Part shown: piece by piece, positions 37,650 through 51,631 of the stretch | Layout of the letters: each line of letters starts with the position of its first letter | How positions within the stretch are numbered: position 1 is the first letter of the stretch | Source of the DNA: Felis catus | Taxonomy: Eukaryota | DNA length: 64,000 bases | Assembly (NCBI RefSeq): GCF_018350175.1 | Contig: NC_058368.1 | Location: forward strand, 34,102,001-34,166,000 | Direction of reading: 5' to 3' | Notes under the pieces: model-generated | The model's database searches: none | Seen by the model: only the letters and a program-made list of their open reading frames with translations | What the model was told of the DNA's origin: nothing | Translations under genes and position numbers: made by a program

Positions 37650-38290
37650 TTATTTTACAGGTGAGTGAACTGAAGCTAGGGAGATTAAGTAATGGTTGTG
37701 GTCACACTGTCAGTGATAAAGCTAAAACTGGCATCTCAGTTTTCTTGATGTTAAAGGAAATAGTTTTGTATCCAGACATATCTGACTATGGAGTTTGACT
37801 CTGTTTTTTACTAGTTATATGACCCATGTCAAAAGGATTAAGCTTCCTGAGCCATTAATTCCTTTTCTGAAAATGGGAATAACAATGTCTACCTTAAAAG
37901 TGGTGCTTGCAGGATTCAGGTTAAATTTTTTAAACCACCAATGCCTAGCAAAAAGAATGTTCCATGGATTGTAGGTATTGTTACTGTACCTGCTATATTG
38001 AGGTTAATAGAACAAGTGATCAAGGGCTTGAGCTCTGAAGCTAAACCATGTATGCTCAGATCCCATCTCTGCCATTTACTAACACAGTGACCTTGGGGGA
38101 AGAGTGTGACCTTGTTGTGTCACAATCCCTTCTTGTCACAATCCCTTCATCGGTAAAGTGGAAGCAATTGAAACCACCTCAAAGATTTGCTGTGAAGATT
38201 AAATGAGTTAACACAAGTAAAGCACTTAAAACAAAGCTTGTTCTTATATATAAGAACATATGTAAGTTCTCAATATGCTGTTATTATTAT
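37650..38290. mobile_element. Cluster of MIR fragments
   Basis: Several MIR cores (TTTTACAGGTGAGTGAACTGAAGC; TCTGAAAATGGGAATAACAAT; GTGAAGATTAAATGAGTTAA...GTAAAGCACTTA). Confidence 0.65.
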
Positions 38291-38940
38291 GTCCTTACAC
38301 AGAAAGGAAAAGAGAAATAGCATTGGAGAGGACACTGCTCATGGACAGGCTGCTGTATAGTCAGACAATTTCAGTTACAGAAGAGTAAGTGCAAACTGTG
38401 GAGCATTTAAAAGAGGTCAGTGCAACCTTACAAGTCAGGAATGCTTGGATACCTGTTTCTCTTGTATATAGAGTTGTCTCCTTGGATATTTCAAATGTAG
38501 GTAAGACCAAAAATTGGGTAGACTCTATGTTCCCTCTGGGTGTTCTTGTTCTGCTGTTTATTTTTCTCAACTGTCTTTCTCCTTCTTATAACTTTTCTCG
38601 CTCCTTTACTCTGGGCAACTTTATGCTTTCCTTGGATTTCCAGAAGGCCAGTGAAACAGAAATGTCATTGGTACATTTAAAGATATTTTATGGTTTCTTA
38701 GCTATGAAATGTTATATTTATTGAACACAGAAAATAAATTATTATTCCCAAAGAGGAGAAATTATTTGGAAAATCTTTAGTTAGCTCTTGTCCATTAAAA
38801 AATTCCTAATGCAGTATAAGTAACATATCAGTTACTTTTATTTAAAAACGTATCTTTATTATGATTAACATTAAAGGAATGAGTCATGTTTATATGTGCA
38901 CATAAAAGCTGGCAATCATTAGTCCTATTGATTCTATTTT

Positions 38941-39248
38941 TTTAACTTGATTTTTTTAAGATTTTTAAAAATATATGAAATTTATTGTCAAATTGGTTTC
39001 CATACAACACCCAGTGCTCATCCCAAAAGATGCCCTCTTCAATACCCATCACCCACCCCCCTCTCCCTCCCACCCCCCCATCAGCCCTCAGTTTGTTCTC
39101 AGTCTTTAAGAGTCTCTTATGCTTTGGCTCTCTTCCACTCTAACCTCTTTTTTTTTTTTCCTTCCCCTCCCCCATGGGTTCCTGTTAAGTTTCTCAGGAT
39201 CCACATAAGAGTGAACACATATGGCATCTGTCTTTCTCTGTATGGCTT
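38941..39248 (-). mobile_element. Felid L1 3' end (L1_Fc-type)
   Basis: AAATTTATTGTCAAATTGGTTTCCATACAACACCCAGTGCTCATCCC...GGATCCACATAAGAGTG; TSD ATTCTATTTT at 38931-38940 and 39249-39258. Confidence 0.92.
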
Positions 39249-39379
39249 ATTCTATTTTCAAAAATTGTCTCATGCCAGTTATTTGTGTGTCTCAGACAAT
39301 AACTAATGACTACCACCTCTATATGATAAGCAGTCCACTCTAAAATGACTGCTGTAATAACCTTCTACCGTGTATCCTA

Positions 39380-39968
39380 AAGCATTCCCTATACACAATC
39401 CTCTGCTTCAAACAATTCAATGGCTTTCCATTGTTCCTCGAATAAAATAAAAGATCCTTTAAAAGATGTATATGGTCCTGGTATATTTCCCTTTGGCCTC
39501 CAATGGAATGCTTCTCTCGGCTTACTCTGCTGTCATGCATCCTCCTCCTCTTCTGGTCTCCCTACTGACTTTCACACTGGAAAACTCCTTCTTGCTCTCC
39601 ATCCACCACCAACACACATGAACACATAGATACATTTTATGCCTAGCTACCCTTATTCCTCAATCAAATTTTAGGTTTTAAGTTTCATTTCTCCAAAAAG
39701 TCTTCCCTGATTCCATAGAATATTTTAGTCTCCACTGTTATACCAGCCTGGCATCCTAATATAGGTTCTTACCTTATAGTCCTTACCACAACTGAAGCCA
39801 AATAATAAATTACTTAAGATTTGTGGTCCATGTTGTGCTTAAACCTCATCATGTCGTGGACCATGCAGGAATTATTCAATATTACATTCCAAGTCCCTTG
39901 GAAAAGTGCCAAGCACAGAGTAGGAACTCAACAAACATTAGTTAAGTGAACAAATTCATAAATGAATA
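39380..39968 (+). mobile_element. L2 3' end
   Basis: CCTCTGCTTCAAAC...CAATGGCTTTCCATTG...; terminal GCACAGAGTAGGAACTCAACAAACATTAGTTAAGTGAA. Confidence 0.65.
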
Positions 39969-41043
39969 ACATACGAGATTGAAAATTTAAAATTGGGAAC
40001 ATGTTCCTGTTAGTGATAGTACTTTCATTGATTAAATAGACTTTAATTCTAACAAATTAATAGTGTTAGATTTGGTAACACAAATGTGCATATGGCAATG
40101 ATGAAATGCATTTATACTAATTTCTTCTTATTTTCTGACCATGGTTGTTTTTGCCTTAGTATGATACCTAGGCCTTAGTGTGATGTACACCAATTGATAT
40201 TAATTTGATTTAATGAAAGCTTAGTTGATGAATAATTTGAATTATTGCCCATGAATACCAAAGGAAGTAAAGTCATCCTCTGTTAAATTTTGGTCTGTAA
40301 AGCATCTTTTCCCTTTGAGATCAAGCCTCCTCCATCTGCTGGATTGTCAATCAAATGTCCCCAATGACTCCAACCTAGATGTGGGTGGAAGATCAACATT
40401 AGTAAATTAAGACATGGTGTAGGCACATGAATCATCCTCTTTCTGAGATTGTGACTACTCAGTTTTGAGCTGGGGGAGAGGGGTCATTTTCCTGTGACAT
40501 AGAAATAGTTTGCTTAAAACGAAGTAAGAGGAAAGAACACCAGAGGTGCAGAGAAACAAAATCGCCTATGTTTAGCTGTCTTTTAGAATTAAAATTTACT
40601 TAATGAAGTAAACATTTTTTAATTCAATCTAATTTGAGTTTGCATTCTAGACAGAGTTGAGAGAGCTAAAGTTTTTGTTGTTGTTGCTTTATTTTGTTTT
40701 TCTTTGTTCTCACTCCTTTAATGGGATACAAGTGTATACATGTGATATGGTATTGTCAAAAAACAGATTTGTGGATAGACCTCCCTTGAGCCCAAAGACT
40801 ACAGTTGAAAGAAATACAGGATATTGTAAAAATTGTACTATAACTTTTTATAGACCTGAGCATGTGGAGAGCATTATGCACAGTAATGTGTTTATAATAA
40901 GAAATAGATTACAAAAATGACTGTGTACCAAGGAGGCAAAAAAGAAAAAAAAAACAGAATAAATGAGGGATTTAGAAACCATGTTGTATCAATGTAGAGC
41001 ATGTAGAGTGGTGTTATACTCTATTACAAAACTAAGCTTATAG

Positions 41044-41256
41044 CAGAGATCAGCGAACTTTTCCTAGAAAGGGTTAGCTAGTAAATATTTTAAGTTCTCC
41101 AGTCCGTGTGGTATTATTGACAAATAGCTAACTTGGCCATGGAAATACAAAACAGTCATAGACAAATACAGAAATGCATGACTGTGTTGCAAGTAAAATT
41201 TATAGAAATGGTTGATGGGGTAGGTTTGAAACAAGGTGCATAGTTGCTGATCCTTG
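41044..41256. mobile_element. MER58A-type hAT-Charlie MITE
   Basis: Degenerate TIRs CAGAGATCAGCGAAC ... GTTGCTGATCCTTG; internal AGTAAATATTTTA and CATAGACAAATAC. Confidence 0.75.
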
Positions 41257-41509
41257 CTTGGTATCACATTCTCTAATACTACTCAAAGCAGTCACACAGT
41301 CAGGAATTTTTCTAAAAGTCCATAGGATGGAGGTAATTCATTCTTGATTTTTGGGCTCATATTGATGTTGTGGAAATCTATAATAGAGCCAATTGTCTCA
41401 AAATTCATGGTCTTCAATTGCAGTAGGCAAGAGTGTATTCAAACATTTTACAATTCTAACTTGGCTTTAAATATCAGGAGCCAAAGAAAGACTAAAAGTA
41501 GAAAGATTA

Positions 41510-42002
41510 CTAAAGTATATGGAAAACTCTAAAGACTCCATCGAAACCCATAAGAACTAATAAGTAAAGTTGGTGGATACAAAATAAATATAGTAAACTC
41601 AGTGCTTTCTATACACCAATAATGAACTATCGGAAAGAGAAATTTAAAAAAAACAATCTTATGTAGAAAAGTGTTTGCCAGGGGCTGGGTGGGGGGCATG
41701 AATAAGGAGATATTGGTAAAAGGGGATGAACTTCCAGTTATAAGGTAAATAAAACCTGAGAATCTAATGTATAACATGGTGACTCTAGTTGATAACACTG
41801 TATTAGATCATCGAAATTTGCTAAGAGAGGAGAACTTAATGGTTCTCACAAAAAGAGAAAAAGGTAAATATGTGAGGTGATGGATTTGCTAATTAACCTG
41901 GGGGATTCATTCGTAATGCATAGGTATATCAAAACATTACATTGTGTACTTCAAATATTCTGTAATCATGTCAATTAAACACCAATAAAACTGAAAAAAA
42001 GA
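41510..42002 (+). mobile_element. L1 (L1MA8/9-type): ORF2 fragment joined to 3'UTR
   Basis: GAAAACTCTAAAGACTCCA...GGATACAAAATAAATATA (ORF2) then GTTTGCCAGGGGCTGG...AATCTAATGTATAACATGGTGACT...AATAAAACTGAAAAAAA. Confidence 0.8.
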
Positions 42003-42029
42003 AATTTTACAAGAAGAACAAATATATGG

Positions 42030-42900
42030 GCACAGTGCTTCATTCATACAGCCTCAGGATCTAAGGACATAGAAATGAATCAAAGTGACAGTCTGTGAAA
42101 CTTACATTCCAGTGGAAGACAAAAGAAACATCTACAGTTACATAAAGAAGAAAACATATGATAGAAATAAGTGCTATGCAAATAACTAAAACAGGTGAAG
42201 ACATAGTGTGTATATGGATGACTACTTGGGATTGGTGTTCAGGGATGGCCTCTCAGAGACTGACATTTAAATGAAGCACCAGCATGGTGAAAATCAGGGA
42301 GAAAAACATTTTAGGCACAGACAACAAAGTTTATAAGGTAAACAAAAACAAAAACAAAAAACAAAAACAAGTTGACTATTGAGTCAATAGAAAGTCAGTG
42401 TGCCTAAAAATGGTTGGAAAGGAGAGTCCTATTGGGTGTGGTTTGAATAAAGGCAAAGTCTAGACCTAGAGGACTTTGTACATGGGCTAAGGAGTCAGGA
42501 ATTACTTCAAGTTCAGAGTGAAGTCAATGACTTTAAGCAGGAAATGATTGTATCTGATATATGGTTTTAGAAGATGACTCTAGCTGTTACGATTTTTTGT
42601 GGGGAAATATTAAGTGTTGAGGCAAGAAATCAACTGGCATGCCAGGCAACACATGATGGAGAGAAATGGATGGATTCACCATATGTTTTTGAATATAGTT
42701 GAAAACATTTACTGATGAAGTAAGTGGATGTAATGGGGGAAAGAAAGAATAATCAAAGGTATTACCTAGGTTTTTTTTACTTGAGCAACTGGGAAGGTCG
42801 GGTAGATGATGTTGTGGTTTGATGATATGAGAACAGTAGCAGGACTACACGAGGAGGGAGAAATCGAGTGTTCTCGTCATATTTGTTAAGTTTGGATGAC
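42030..42900 (-). mobile_element. L2 fragment
   Basis: CTTACATTCCAGTGG, GGATGGCCTCTCAGAG, TTTAAGCAGGAAATGA, TTGAGCAACTGGG motifs. Confidence 0.65.
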
Positions 42901-44182
42901 ACATCATGTACACTTAATACTCATTTATTACATGAATGCGTTAATGACCTTTTCGGCAAAGGTTTGGCTTCTAATAACATCTAGTTTAATTTTGTTATTT
43001 TTGCTTGGAAAAAAGGGAGGGATTGTAAGAGCTCATCTAATCAAAACTTTATTCATTTTCCAGATGATGAAATAAAGGTCAATGGAGATAAATGATTTCT
43101 CTGAGTAAGTACAATTGGTGACTAAAAGAGCCAGAGTAGATACAGCTTCATAACTAGTAAACGAGTCCAGTCTCTTTTTCTGGATCCTGTCCCATTTCTC
43201 CCAGGTCTTTCCCCTACTGTACTGGAAGACAAAAACCACTGGAAAAAGAGTAGGCGAATAAATCTTTGCTCCAAGCTCATTACTGATATAATGGAAACCT
43301 TGTGCGACAAAAACTGACAAGGGGAAAGTTTCAATTAGGCATTGAGGTTCCAACAATCCCTGTAATGAATACTGACATTTGTATACTTTCAAGAATAACT
43401 ATGAAAATCCTTATTTTGTAGTTGCCCGTATAACTAAAGCATTGATATGGTGTGAAAACAAGCTAAATAGAAACCCCTCGTGTTTGTGTTCTGGTGCACA
43501 CACACTACACACTCTATTTTCAAATCACCCTTTGTTTTTATTCTATCTCTCAGTTTACTAGTAAACTTATGCTACCTTCGAAATTCCAAAATTCTGTCTT
43601 CTACCTCTTAGTTGCCTAGTTTTTGACTGGTACCGGGAATTTTATCTTCAAAGTTATATTGAATATGAGGACCTTTCAATATTTTATATGTACATTTTAT
43701 ACTAGAACCTTCTCATACACTCCAATCAAAACAGGACTTCAAAATTACTATTGATTGCTTGGTAAACTTCTAGTACCAGTCCCTTCCCCCCTCCCCAGTC
43801 TCTCTTTCCACTTTCTTTTGTAATATTTGGTCCCTACTTTATTTTGCTTTTATACAATGTAATAAATAATATTCTTTTTGACAGTAATAGTCTCAGGATA
43901 TTGAATAATATGTAAATAATCAATATCATGGTTTTTCCTAATTTCTCATGTAGCTGCAAATAATAATGCTGAATAATATTCAACATATACGAAATTACTG
44001 TCAAAGCACCAAGACCAAATTTTTGTATTTGGCAATTATATGGTTGTTGATAAGCTGGGAATATTACCCCCAAATAACTTACACTCTTACCTGCATAACT
44101 ACTAGTTCCCTCACAGGTGCCTCCATGAGAGCATATTTGGTAATAACGATATACATATATATAGTATTAAAATGTGTCTTTA

Positions 44183-44410
44183 GGGGCTCCTGGGTGACTC
44201 AGTTGGTTAAATATCCAACGTTTGATTTGGGCTCAGGTCATGATCTCTTGGTTGTGAGATGGAGACCCGTGTGGGGCTCTGCGCTGGGCATTGAGCCTGC
44301 CTGAGATTCTTTTTCTCCCTTTCCTCTGCCCCACCTCTGCTTGGGCGCCTATGTGTGTGCGTATTCATGCTCTCTTTCTCTCTCTCTCTCTCTCTCTAAG
44401 AAAAAAAAAA
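44183..44410 (+). mobile_element. CAN-SINE
   Basis: GGGGCTCCTGGGTGACTCAGTTGGTTAA head; (CT)n; poly-A. Confidence 0.9.
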
Positions 44411-44649
44411 GGTTTGGCTTTAGGACCAGTATGTGTCTGTCTTCGTAAATTGTGTCTTTATAAACAATTTGTTGTTTTTTTTTCTAAATTAACAGTTTAT
44501 TGGCATACTGTTCTTCCTTTAAAATCTGTAGGAATTTCATGACATCCTTTCTTTTATTTTTATGTGTAAATAATCCATATCAGTAGCATATATGTCTATA
44601 TAAATTCAGAGACTTTTTACCTCTGTTTAACCTACAGTGTTTTGATCAT

Positions 44650-45050
44650 CTTGTAGGGCTAAGATAGACCCCGTCCAAAGTTGGTTCGGATGTCAAGAAT
44701 GATGGTTCCACACATGCTCCAAGAGGATATAGAAGGAATTTTTTTTTCTCACATAATTTTGGGAGAGCACAGCAGGTTTCCAAGTTGGTCTGAAAATGCC
44801 TTGAGAGAACAAACACGGAGAAAAGATACCAGCTTTGGGGTTTTATTAAAGTCGGGGGATGGGGGTGAGCGTTCTCATACAAAGACCAGGGCCTGCATGG
44901 GCTGACTTTCCTGTAGGCATCACAGAGGGAGAACCTGGGTTTCCTTGTGGGGAAGAACAGGGCAGATGTGGGGCAGAAAAGGAAATGGAGTTACAGGCAT
45001 TAAAGCTGCCAACAGTCATGTTCAAAGTGGAGGCAGACCATTATGCACAG
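44650..45050 (-). mobile_element. Probable ERVL-class solo LTR (MER76/LTR50-like)
   Basis: CCAAGTTGGTCTGAAAATGCCTTGAGAGA...GCTTTGGGGTTTTAT motifs; family recalled, not verified. Confidence 0.4.
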
Positions 45051-46835
45051 TAGCAACATTGTTGCTTTAGAACAAAGAAGGTAAAGAAGAATAGGTACAA
45101 TCATGATTTTGCCTCATAGCTTTTAGTTTTCAAAGAAAACCTTACAATAATGTGGAATAAAGTAAAATTTGGTTTGGTTTTGTCTTACTTTTCATTTTGG
45201 AAGAGAGTTCTTTGGAACAGTTGTATTTGTGTTTAGCTTCATGATGTGTATTCTGATTATGGGATTAATTCTGAGAATGCTAGAAAATAATTGAGCTTGG
45301 GGGAGGGGGGTGAAATTTTTCTAACTAATACAAACAATTAGGCCATGTAACTCCCTTTCGTTATCAAGAGTTTAGCTTGTTCCTATCTATATTTGCAGAC
45401 AGACTAATGTTGATTCATTTTCCTCCTTCAAATTTTTGAATATTTATGTTAATCTAATATGTTGATGTGTTGAGGATTAGTTGGTAGAGGTTGAAAGTCA
45501 CTGTGCTCCCTTTCGTTGTTAAAAAATATATATTTCTGAAAATAACTGTTAGATTCTTGGCAAACCATAAAATATTTGAATGTGGAATAATTTGAGAAAA
45601 TAATTTAGCTAATTCACCCCCCAAGAGAGCCAAAATATAACAATAATAAATTAATAATTTGATCAACAAATATTTAATAGATACCCACTAATTGATAAAC
45701 TATATGCCAGAAAGTACAAAGAATAGAAAAAAAATGTATCAGATTAGGTTACTTCCATAAAAATGTATATTCTAAAGAGAAAACACTTTGAAATGCAATC
45801 TATTAGTAGAGATAATTTATACTGAATGTAATAGTTAAATATGACAAGTGATATCAAGAGGCAATGCATGGCTACACATATGGATATTACTGTGGTTGTA
45901 CTTGCATGGACATGTAAATGCTCACTGGTTAAAGAGGAAATCTATGGTGTGCTTTGGAATGAGAATTGAACAGAAACTTGAAAGATTTATTATCACAGAG
46001 GAAACAGAAAGGGCTTCTAGGAAAGGTCAAAATTAACCAACACAAAAAAGCAAAACACACACACATACACACACAAGGTATACTATGAATTGGTTAATCA
46101 TACTTTGTGATATACTTGAGACAGTCCTCACCCATAATATTCTAGGAAAATAGTTAATCGCATCTTCTTTTACTTAAAAAATGTGTCTCTATTTGTACAA
46201 TTACATGGTCATTCTATCTATGGGAGTATCAAGGAGACAGATCACATTCAGTTAAAAAGTTAAAGAGATAGTAGGGATTGGCAAATAATTTGTGGAGAGA
46301 CTGACATAAGTGATTATATATCATATGTATTCATATATAAAGTCACTTCCACTTTATGACAAATTTGAGGCCAAGAGAGGTTAAGTGACCTTTCAGAAAT
46401 ATGTCAGCAAGGAAGAGGCAATGATGACATGCAAACCATGATCAACTTGACACCCAAGGCCATGATCTCCTAGGGAAATGAATACATCCATACATCCATA
46501 CTTCCATACTTGGAAGCTAAGGTAGAGACATTTGCAATGTGAAACATTGTTGAGACTAGATAGGTTGAGGTCTTTAAATATGGTTGTGTTTTAAAGAAGA
46601 AAGAATCAATACTATAACAATGAGATAAAGTAGACAACCCGTGTTGATGAATTAGTAATAACATGACGACTTAAAGCATCAGGTATAAAATTCCCTTGAA
46701 AACAAATGTACCTGTGAAAGTGAGAAGATATATTTAGAAACAGCAGATTTGAGAAATGGGGGGTCTTGCTCATTAGTGAAGGAATGCTTGAATCATTTGA
46801 AAACAGAAAAATCATGAAATTGAGAAGGAAAAAAA

Positions 46836-46993
46836 TACATATATATATATATATATATAGTACATATATACACATATATGTTATATACAGTATATATATA
46901 TGTGTGTGTGTTGTATATAGTTACATATATATGTTATATATAGTATATATGTTATATATAGTTACATATATATGTTATATATAGTATACATAT
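46836..46993. repeat. Compound (TA)n low-complexity repeat
   Basis: TA repeats with a recurring GTTACATATATATGTTATATATAGT unit. Confidence 0.9.
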
Positions 46994-47947
46994 TACAGGG
47001 GAGGAAGTAAGTTGCAGGACAATGTCCCAGATGACCTAAGGGGATGGGGTAGAAAATGTCGGTAAATACAAACATGATAGCTATAGGAAGTCAGTGTACC
47101 TTGTGAACTTATTACAACATGACTAACAACAAATGACAAAGAAACTCTGTATGGGTTTACTATGATTCGCCCCATTCTTAAAATAAATGGAAAGGGTAGT
47201 TTTTCTTTAAATTGAGAAACCTGCTGTCCAAGTCTGAGCAAGGTCAGAATCATTAATATAGTTGGAGCATTAGGTGAAAGGATCAAGAGAACTCAGCCCA
47301 GTGCTGGTATCCAGGAAGTCTGGGCACCTGGTAAAGAATTAATTGGTGACCCAGCACTAATTGGAGAACAGCACAGCCAAGATCATTAAATAGTTGATTT
47401 GCTAGAATGCGTCTACTCCTTCCAATTAACATTATGAAATCTTTAGTTGTAAGATTGGTTTCCTGTTGTTCAGAAATGAATGGAACAAAATCTTTGGTAC
47501 AATTTTGGAGTAAGACAGATTAATTAATTTAACCAGTTATTTTAGTTTAATGTAGATATAACCTGAATGCGTGCATTGAAAACAGTTAGTCCAATCAGCT
47601 AAATGCCCAGGCTATTCACTTATTACAGGACAGATATTTGCAACAAACAAACTTTATTCTTTAACATTATTTGATTGGTTAAAAATTTTCATATTAATAT
47701 TTGACTCACTTTTTAAAATCAAAGGTATAGTCAACATAACATTCTATGCATCAAGTTATGAACCACGAGTGATATTTTATTTGAAATTGTGATCTTTTAC
47801 AATGTAGTAATTCTATAAATTATATATGTGTGTGCATTTTTAAAATGCATGTATGTTTACTGTTTGTGTCACTATTCACACACATGCTCAAAATAGATCT
47901 GACAGGTTGATAATATCTCAGCTTTTATTAATTTAAAAGAATTCTCT

Positions 47948-48165
47948 GGGGCGCCGGGGTGGCTCAGTCAGTTAAGCGTCCGACTTCGGCTCAGGTCAGG
48001 ATCTCACGGTTTGTGAACTTGAGCCCCACGTCGGGCTCTGTGCTGACAGCTCAGAGCCTGGAGCCTGCTTTGGATTCTGTGTCTCCCACTCTCTCTGTCC
48101 CTTGCCCACTCGCACTCTGTCTCCGTCTCTCAAAAATGAATAAACGTTAAAAAAATTTTTAAAAA
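47948..48165 (+). mobile_element. Felid CAN-SINE
   Basis: GGGGCGCCGGGGTGGCTCAGTCAGTTAAGCGTCCGACTTCGGC; TSD AATTCTCT on both sides. Confidence 0.93.
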
Positions 48166-48349
48166 ATTCTCTTTTACCTCAATGATTTCATGACTTTCTA
48201 CTAAGCACAGACTGGCATCAGAAACTGCAAGTTATCATCAAACAGGAAAATTAAAACTGAGTCTTTACCCAGTAATATAATCATTTAACAATAGCCTTTG
48301 TTTCAATGAGACAAAACAGCTTAGAGAAAATTCCAGGAAATCAAGAATA

Positions 48350-48760
48350 TCTTGGTTTAATTCAAGTGAAATTTATAGAATACTAACTCCATGCCAGGCT
48401 CTGATTCAAGCAAATAAAAAGGTTTCTGCCATCACAGAACTCCCAGGCTAGGATGGGAGACAGGGATGCAAACAACTGTGCTATAATAAAATGTGATAAA
48501 TAACCTATATTATCCTAATCACACCAATTAAATGCTATAGAATTAGAAAGGATGGATGGAGAGATTCAATCTGTGGACCAGAGCCAATGAGTTTTGGCAA
48601 AGCCTTCCAAGAGAGTTGACATTTAAACTGGCCCTTGAAAAATCATTAGATTTCTGCCAGGCTATGGATGGAAAATGTGGAAAAGAATGGCAATGCATTT
48701 GCAAAGCATGTATTATGGCCATTTTAGACATCAGCAAAGTAGTTCAGATTTTTCTTGTAT
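48350..48760 (-). mobile_element. L2 fragment
   Basis: ATTTATAGAATACTAACTCCATGCCAGGC...GCCTTCCAAGAGAGTTGACATTTAAACTGGCCCTTGAA. Confidence 0.6.
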
Positions 48761-49211
48761 TCCTAATTCTGACTGTGTGCCATTGAGCATGTTGCCAACC
48801 CTAGATACACTCTCAGACTTCAGACATGGGTGGGAGTAAGGAAGAGAATTTAAGTTCATTGGATGAAAGAACATACATGTCATCTGTGGACTTTTATTCA
48901 TAACTTTATTCATTTTCTTGTGGGGAAGTACGGTCCTTTCTTTACAGTCAGAGGCAGAAGAAAGGAAAAAAGGTTAAGTGACTTTTCTAACAGATACCAG
49001 AAATGCAACAGCCACTTAGGACACATAGGCGACTCCCAATTTAGCACTCCATCCATTGGACCCCACAGGCCTCATATTTGGAATTTGTTCTTTGCTAGAG
49101 ACTAAATAAGAGGATGAGATAATTTATTAAGCACATGTTTATGTATGCATAGTCAGTTTTTCCCATGGAAATTTAGGGACTATGAGTTATCTGAAAAATA
49201 TGGAACACATA

Positions 49212-49393
49212 GGGGCACCTTGGTGGCTCAGTCGGTTAAGCGTCTGACTCTTGATTTAGGCTCAGGTCACATCTCAGTGTTGGGTTTGAACCCTGTGTTG
49301 GGCTCTGCACTGGTGGTGTGGAGCTTGTTCTTTCCCTCTCTCTCTGCTATTTCCCCATTCTGTTTCCATCTTTCTCAAAATAAGTAAACTGAA
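49212..49393 (+). mobile_element. CAN-SINE
   Basis: 18-bp TSD AAAAATATGGAACACATA at 49194-49211 and 49394-49411. Confidence 0.92.
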
Positions 49394-49489
49394 AAAAATA
49401 TGGAACACATATAATTAGATATTCACTGATTCTGTATTTCTTAATTTCTCAAAACTCATTTAGTGGCTGTTGCCTAAAATAGCAGTATG

Positions 49490-50400
49490 GAGAAATAATA
49501 TTTATTAAGGATTTATATGACAGAGTATGCATTAGATCCTTTGCACACTTTTCTTGTATAATGACAAATAACTATGAGATAGGACAATGATATTTTATAA
49601 ACGAGGAATCTGAGGACCAAAGAAGCAATTTGTGAAAAGTGACACAAGCAATGCTCCATTTGTCTGACCAAAGTCCATGCCCTTTCCACTAAACCACAAT
49701 ACTGCCCTCAAAATAGTTTGAGGTAAATAACATACTTCAAGTATTCCTACATGCTCAAAATCAACGATACATCATGTTCATTGCTTGACATTTTAGCACT
49801 ATGAAGCTGAAGGTTTAGAAGTGATAGAGACAGTTGTATGATGATGATGATGATGATGATGATGATAGCTAATAATTATTGAGTGCTTATATTATGTAGA
49901 TGGGCTTCTAAACATTTTATATATGTTAACTGATGTGATCCTTACAACAACCCAATGAATGAGGAACCTGTATTGTCCTCATTTTCAATGTGGATATAAT
50001 ACAAAGAAAATTGAAGTAATTTGCCCATGTTCGCTCAGCTAGTAAGTAGCTTGAAATGCAGGCAATCTGGTCTCCTGTCAGTACACATAACTGTGCTGGT
50101 GGCATATCCAGAGGACATAGAAATAAATAGTATTGGGTTGATGCCTAGTATATGTTTGACAGTCCATTACGTATATTTTCTATGCATCTCATTTAATTGT
50201 CAGGAAAGCATGGTACTTAAAATAGTGCAGTGATTAGGTGGACAGGGTCTGAAGGTAATAGGAAACGGTATGTATGTATGTTATTATAATTTTCCTCATT
50301 TGTGCATCAAAGACAACATCCTGAAATCCAGAGAGGTAACTTGCACAAAGTCACGTAGCTAATATATGCTATAGTCATGATTTGGAAAAGGAGTCCATGC
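49490..50400 (-). mobile_element. Cluster of MIR fragments with a (GAT)n microsatellite at 49838-49866
   Basis: GAGGAATCTGAGG; GCTAATAATTATTGAGTGCTTA...GATCCTTACAACAACCC; GGTAACTTGCACAAAGTCAC. Confidence 0.65.
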
Positions 50401-50960
50401 AGTTTACCCATAAATATTAAAGCTGTGGCTATAGAGCCAAATATAAAGTAATAATTTGGCAGGCATACTTTCTTCTTATTAAGTGTAGACAGAACATTGA
50501 AAAGTTAATATTAAAATGGGGAAAAAGGAACACCTGGAGAAAAGAATATATTTCATTTTTAGAGCTAGAAGAATAATGTTCTTCCGATTAGAAAAAAAAG
50601 TTCTTCATCTTTATATCTCCATTTTCTAGCACAGTGCCTGCATTTGTAGGAGCTCAAAATGCATATCAGAAGGATAAATGATCAGCCAGGGAATAGATGG
50701 ACTAATGAATGGAGGAAGGGATGGGTAGCAGCATCTTACAAGTTTAAATGCAATGTGACTCAAGTAGTTAAATAGCTCAATCTTGTTATCATAAAGACAA
50801 GAAAATAAGCAGGGACGTTCTTTCCTTTTATGTTCTAATATTCTTTTAGTAAAGTCCCTTATCTATTCTCGGATCCCATGATTCCATTTTCCAGGAAATG
50901 AAGGAATCCATTAACTAATTTCTAGGAAAAGTACTTGAGCTTGGTTCAAAAATCATAGAC

Positions 50961-51228
50961 CTATGCTGTTCGATATGGTAGCCACTAGCCTCTGTTAAAT
51001 AGCCACAATGGCTATGTAAATAATAATAATTATTATTATTTAATTATAATAATAAATAATAATTAACAACAATAATAACTATTATTATTATTAGTTAATA
51101 AAAATCCAGTTCCTGATGAAAATAACCACATTTCTGGGCTCAATAATCATGGTAGCTATGGCTGCCATACCAGATAGTGCAGATATAAAACATTTTCATG
51201 ACTGAATAAGTTCTATTGGACAGCACTG
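50961..51228. mobile_element. MER3/MER33-type hAT-Charlie MITE
   Basis: TIR-like CTATGCTGTTCGATAT ... CTATTGGACAGCACTG; internal GGTAGCCACTAGCC. Confidence 0.75.
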
Positions 51229-51439
51229 TGGTGCAACAGGGCAGTGCAAATTCTTGAACAGCAAGCATAGGGCATGGGGCTTGTGTCTGAGAAACTGTTC
51301 CCTGGGGTGAGGTTGGGAATGTGCCAAGTGAATACCTTGACTCTAGGGTCAAGTCTGAAAGTCTCAAAGGCTGAGACAAAGCATAACACTAGGTTAGAAT
51401 TTAAGGACAAAAAAGAAAACCTAGAAAGAGTCTCTGAAT

Positions 51440-51631
51440 TTTTTAAATGTTTATTTATTTTTGAGAGAGAACATGGGGACAGGGGAGGGACAGAGAGAGA
51501 GGCAGACAGAGGATCTGAAGCAGGCTCTGGGCGACAGCCGAGACCCCCACGTGGGGCTCAAATCTGTGAACAGTGAGATCATGACCTGAGCCAAAATCAG
51601 GCACTTAACAGACTGAGCCACCAGGTTCCCC
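51440..51631 (-). mobile_element. CAN-SINE
   Basis: TSD AGTCTCTGAATTTT at 51429-51442 and 51635-51648. Confidence 0.92.

Noticed and set aside
38118..38148. Small tandem duplications (TGTCACAATCCCTTC x2; also AGGAATGAATCAT x2 at ~53731-53761)
   Set aside because: Ordinary slippage micro-duplications.
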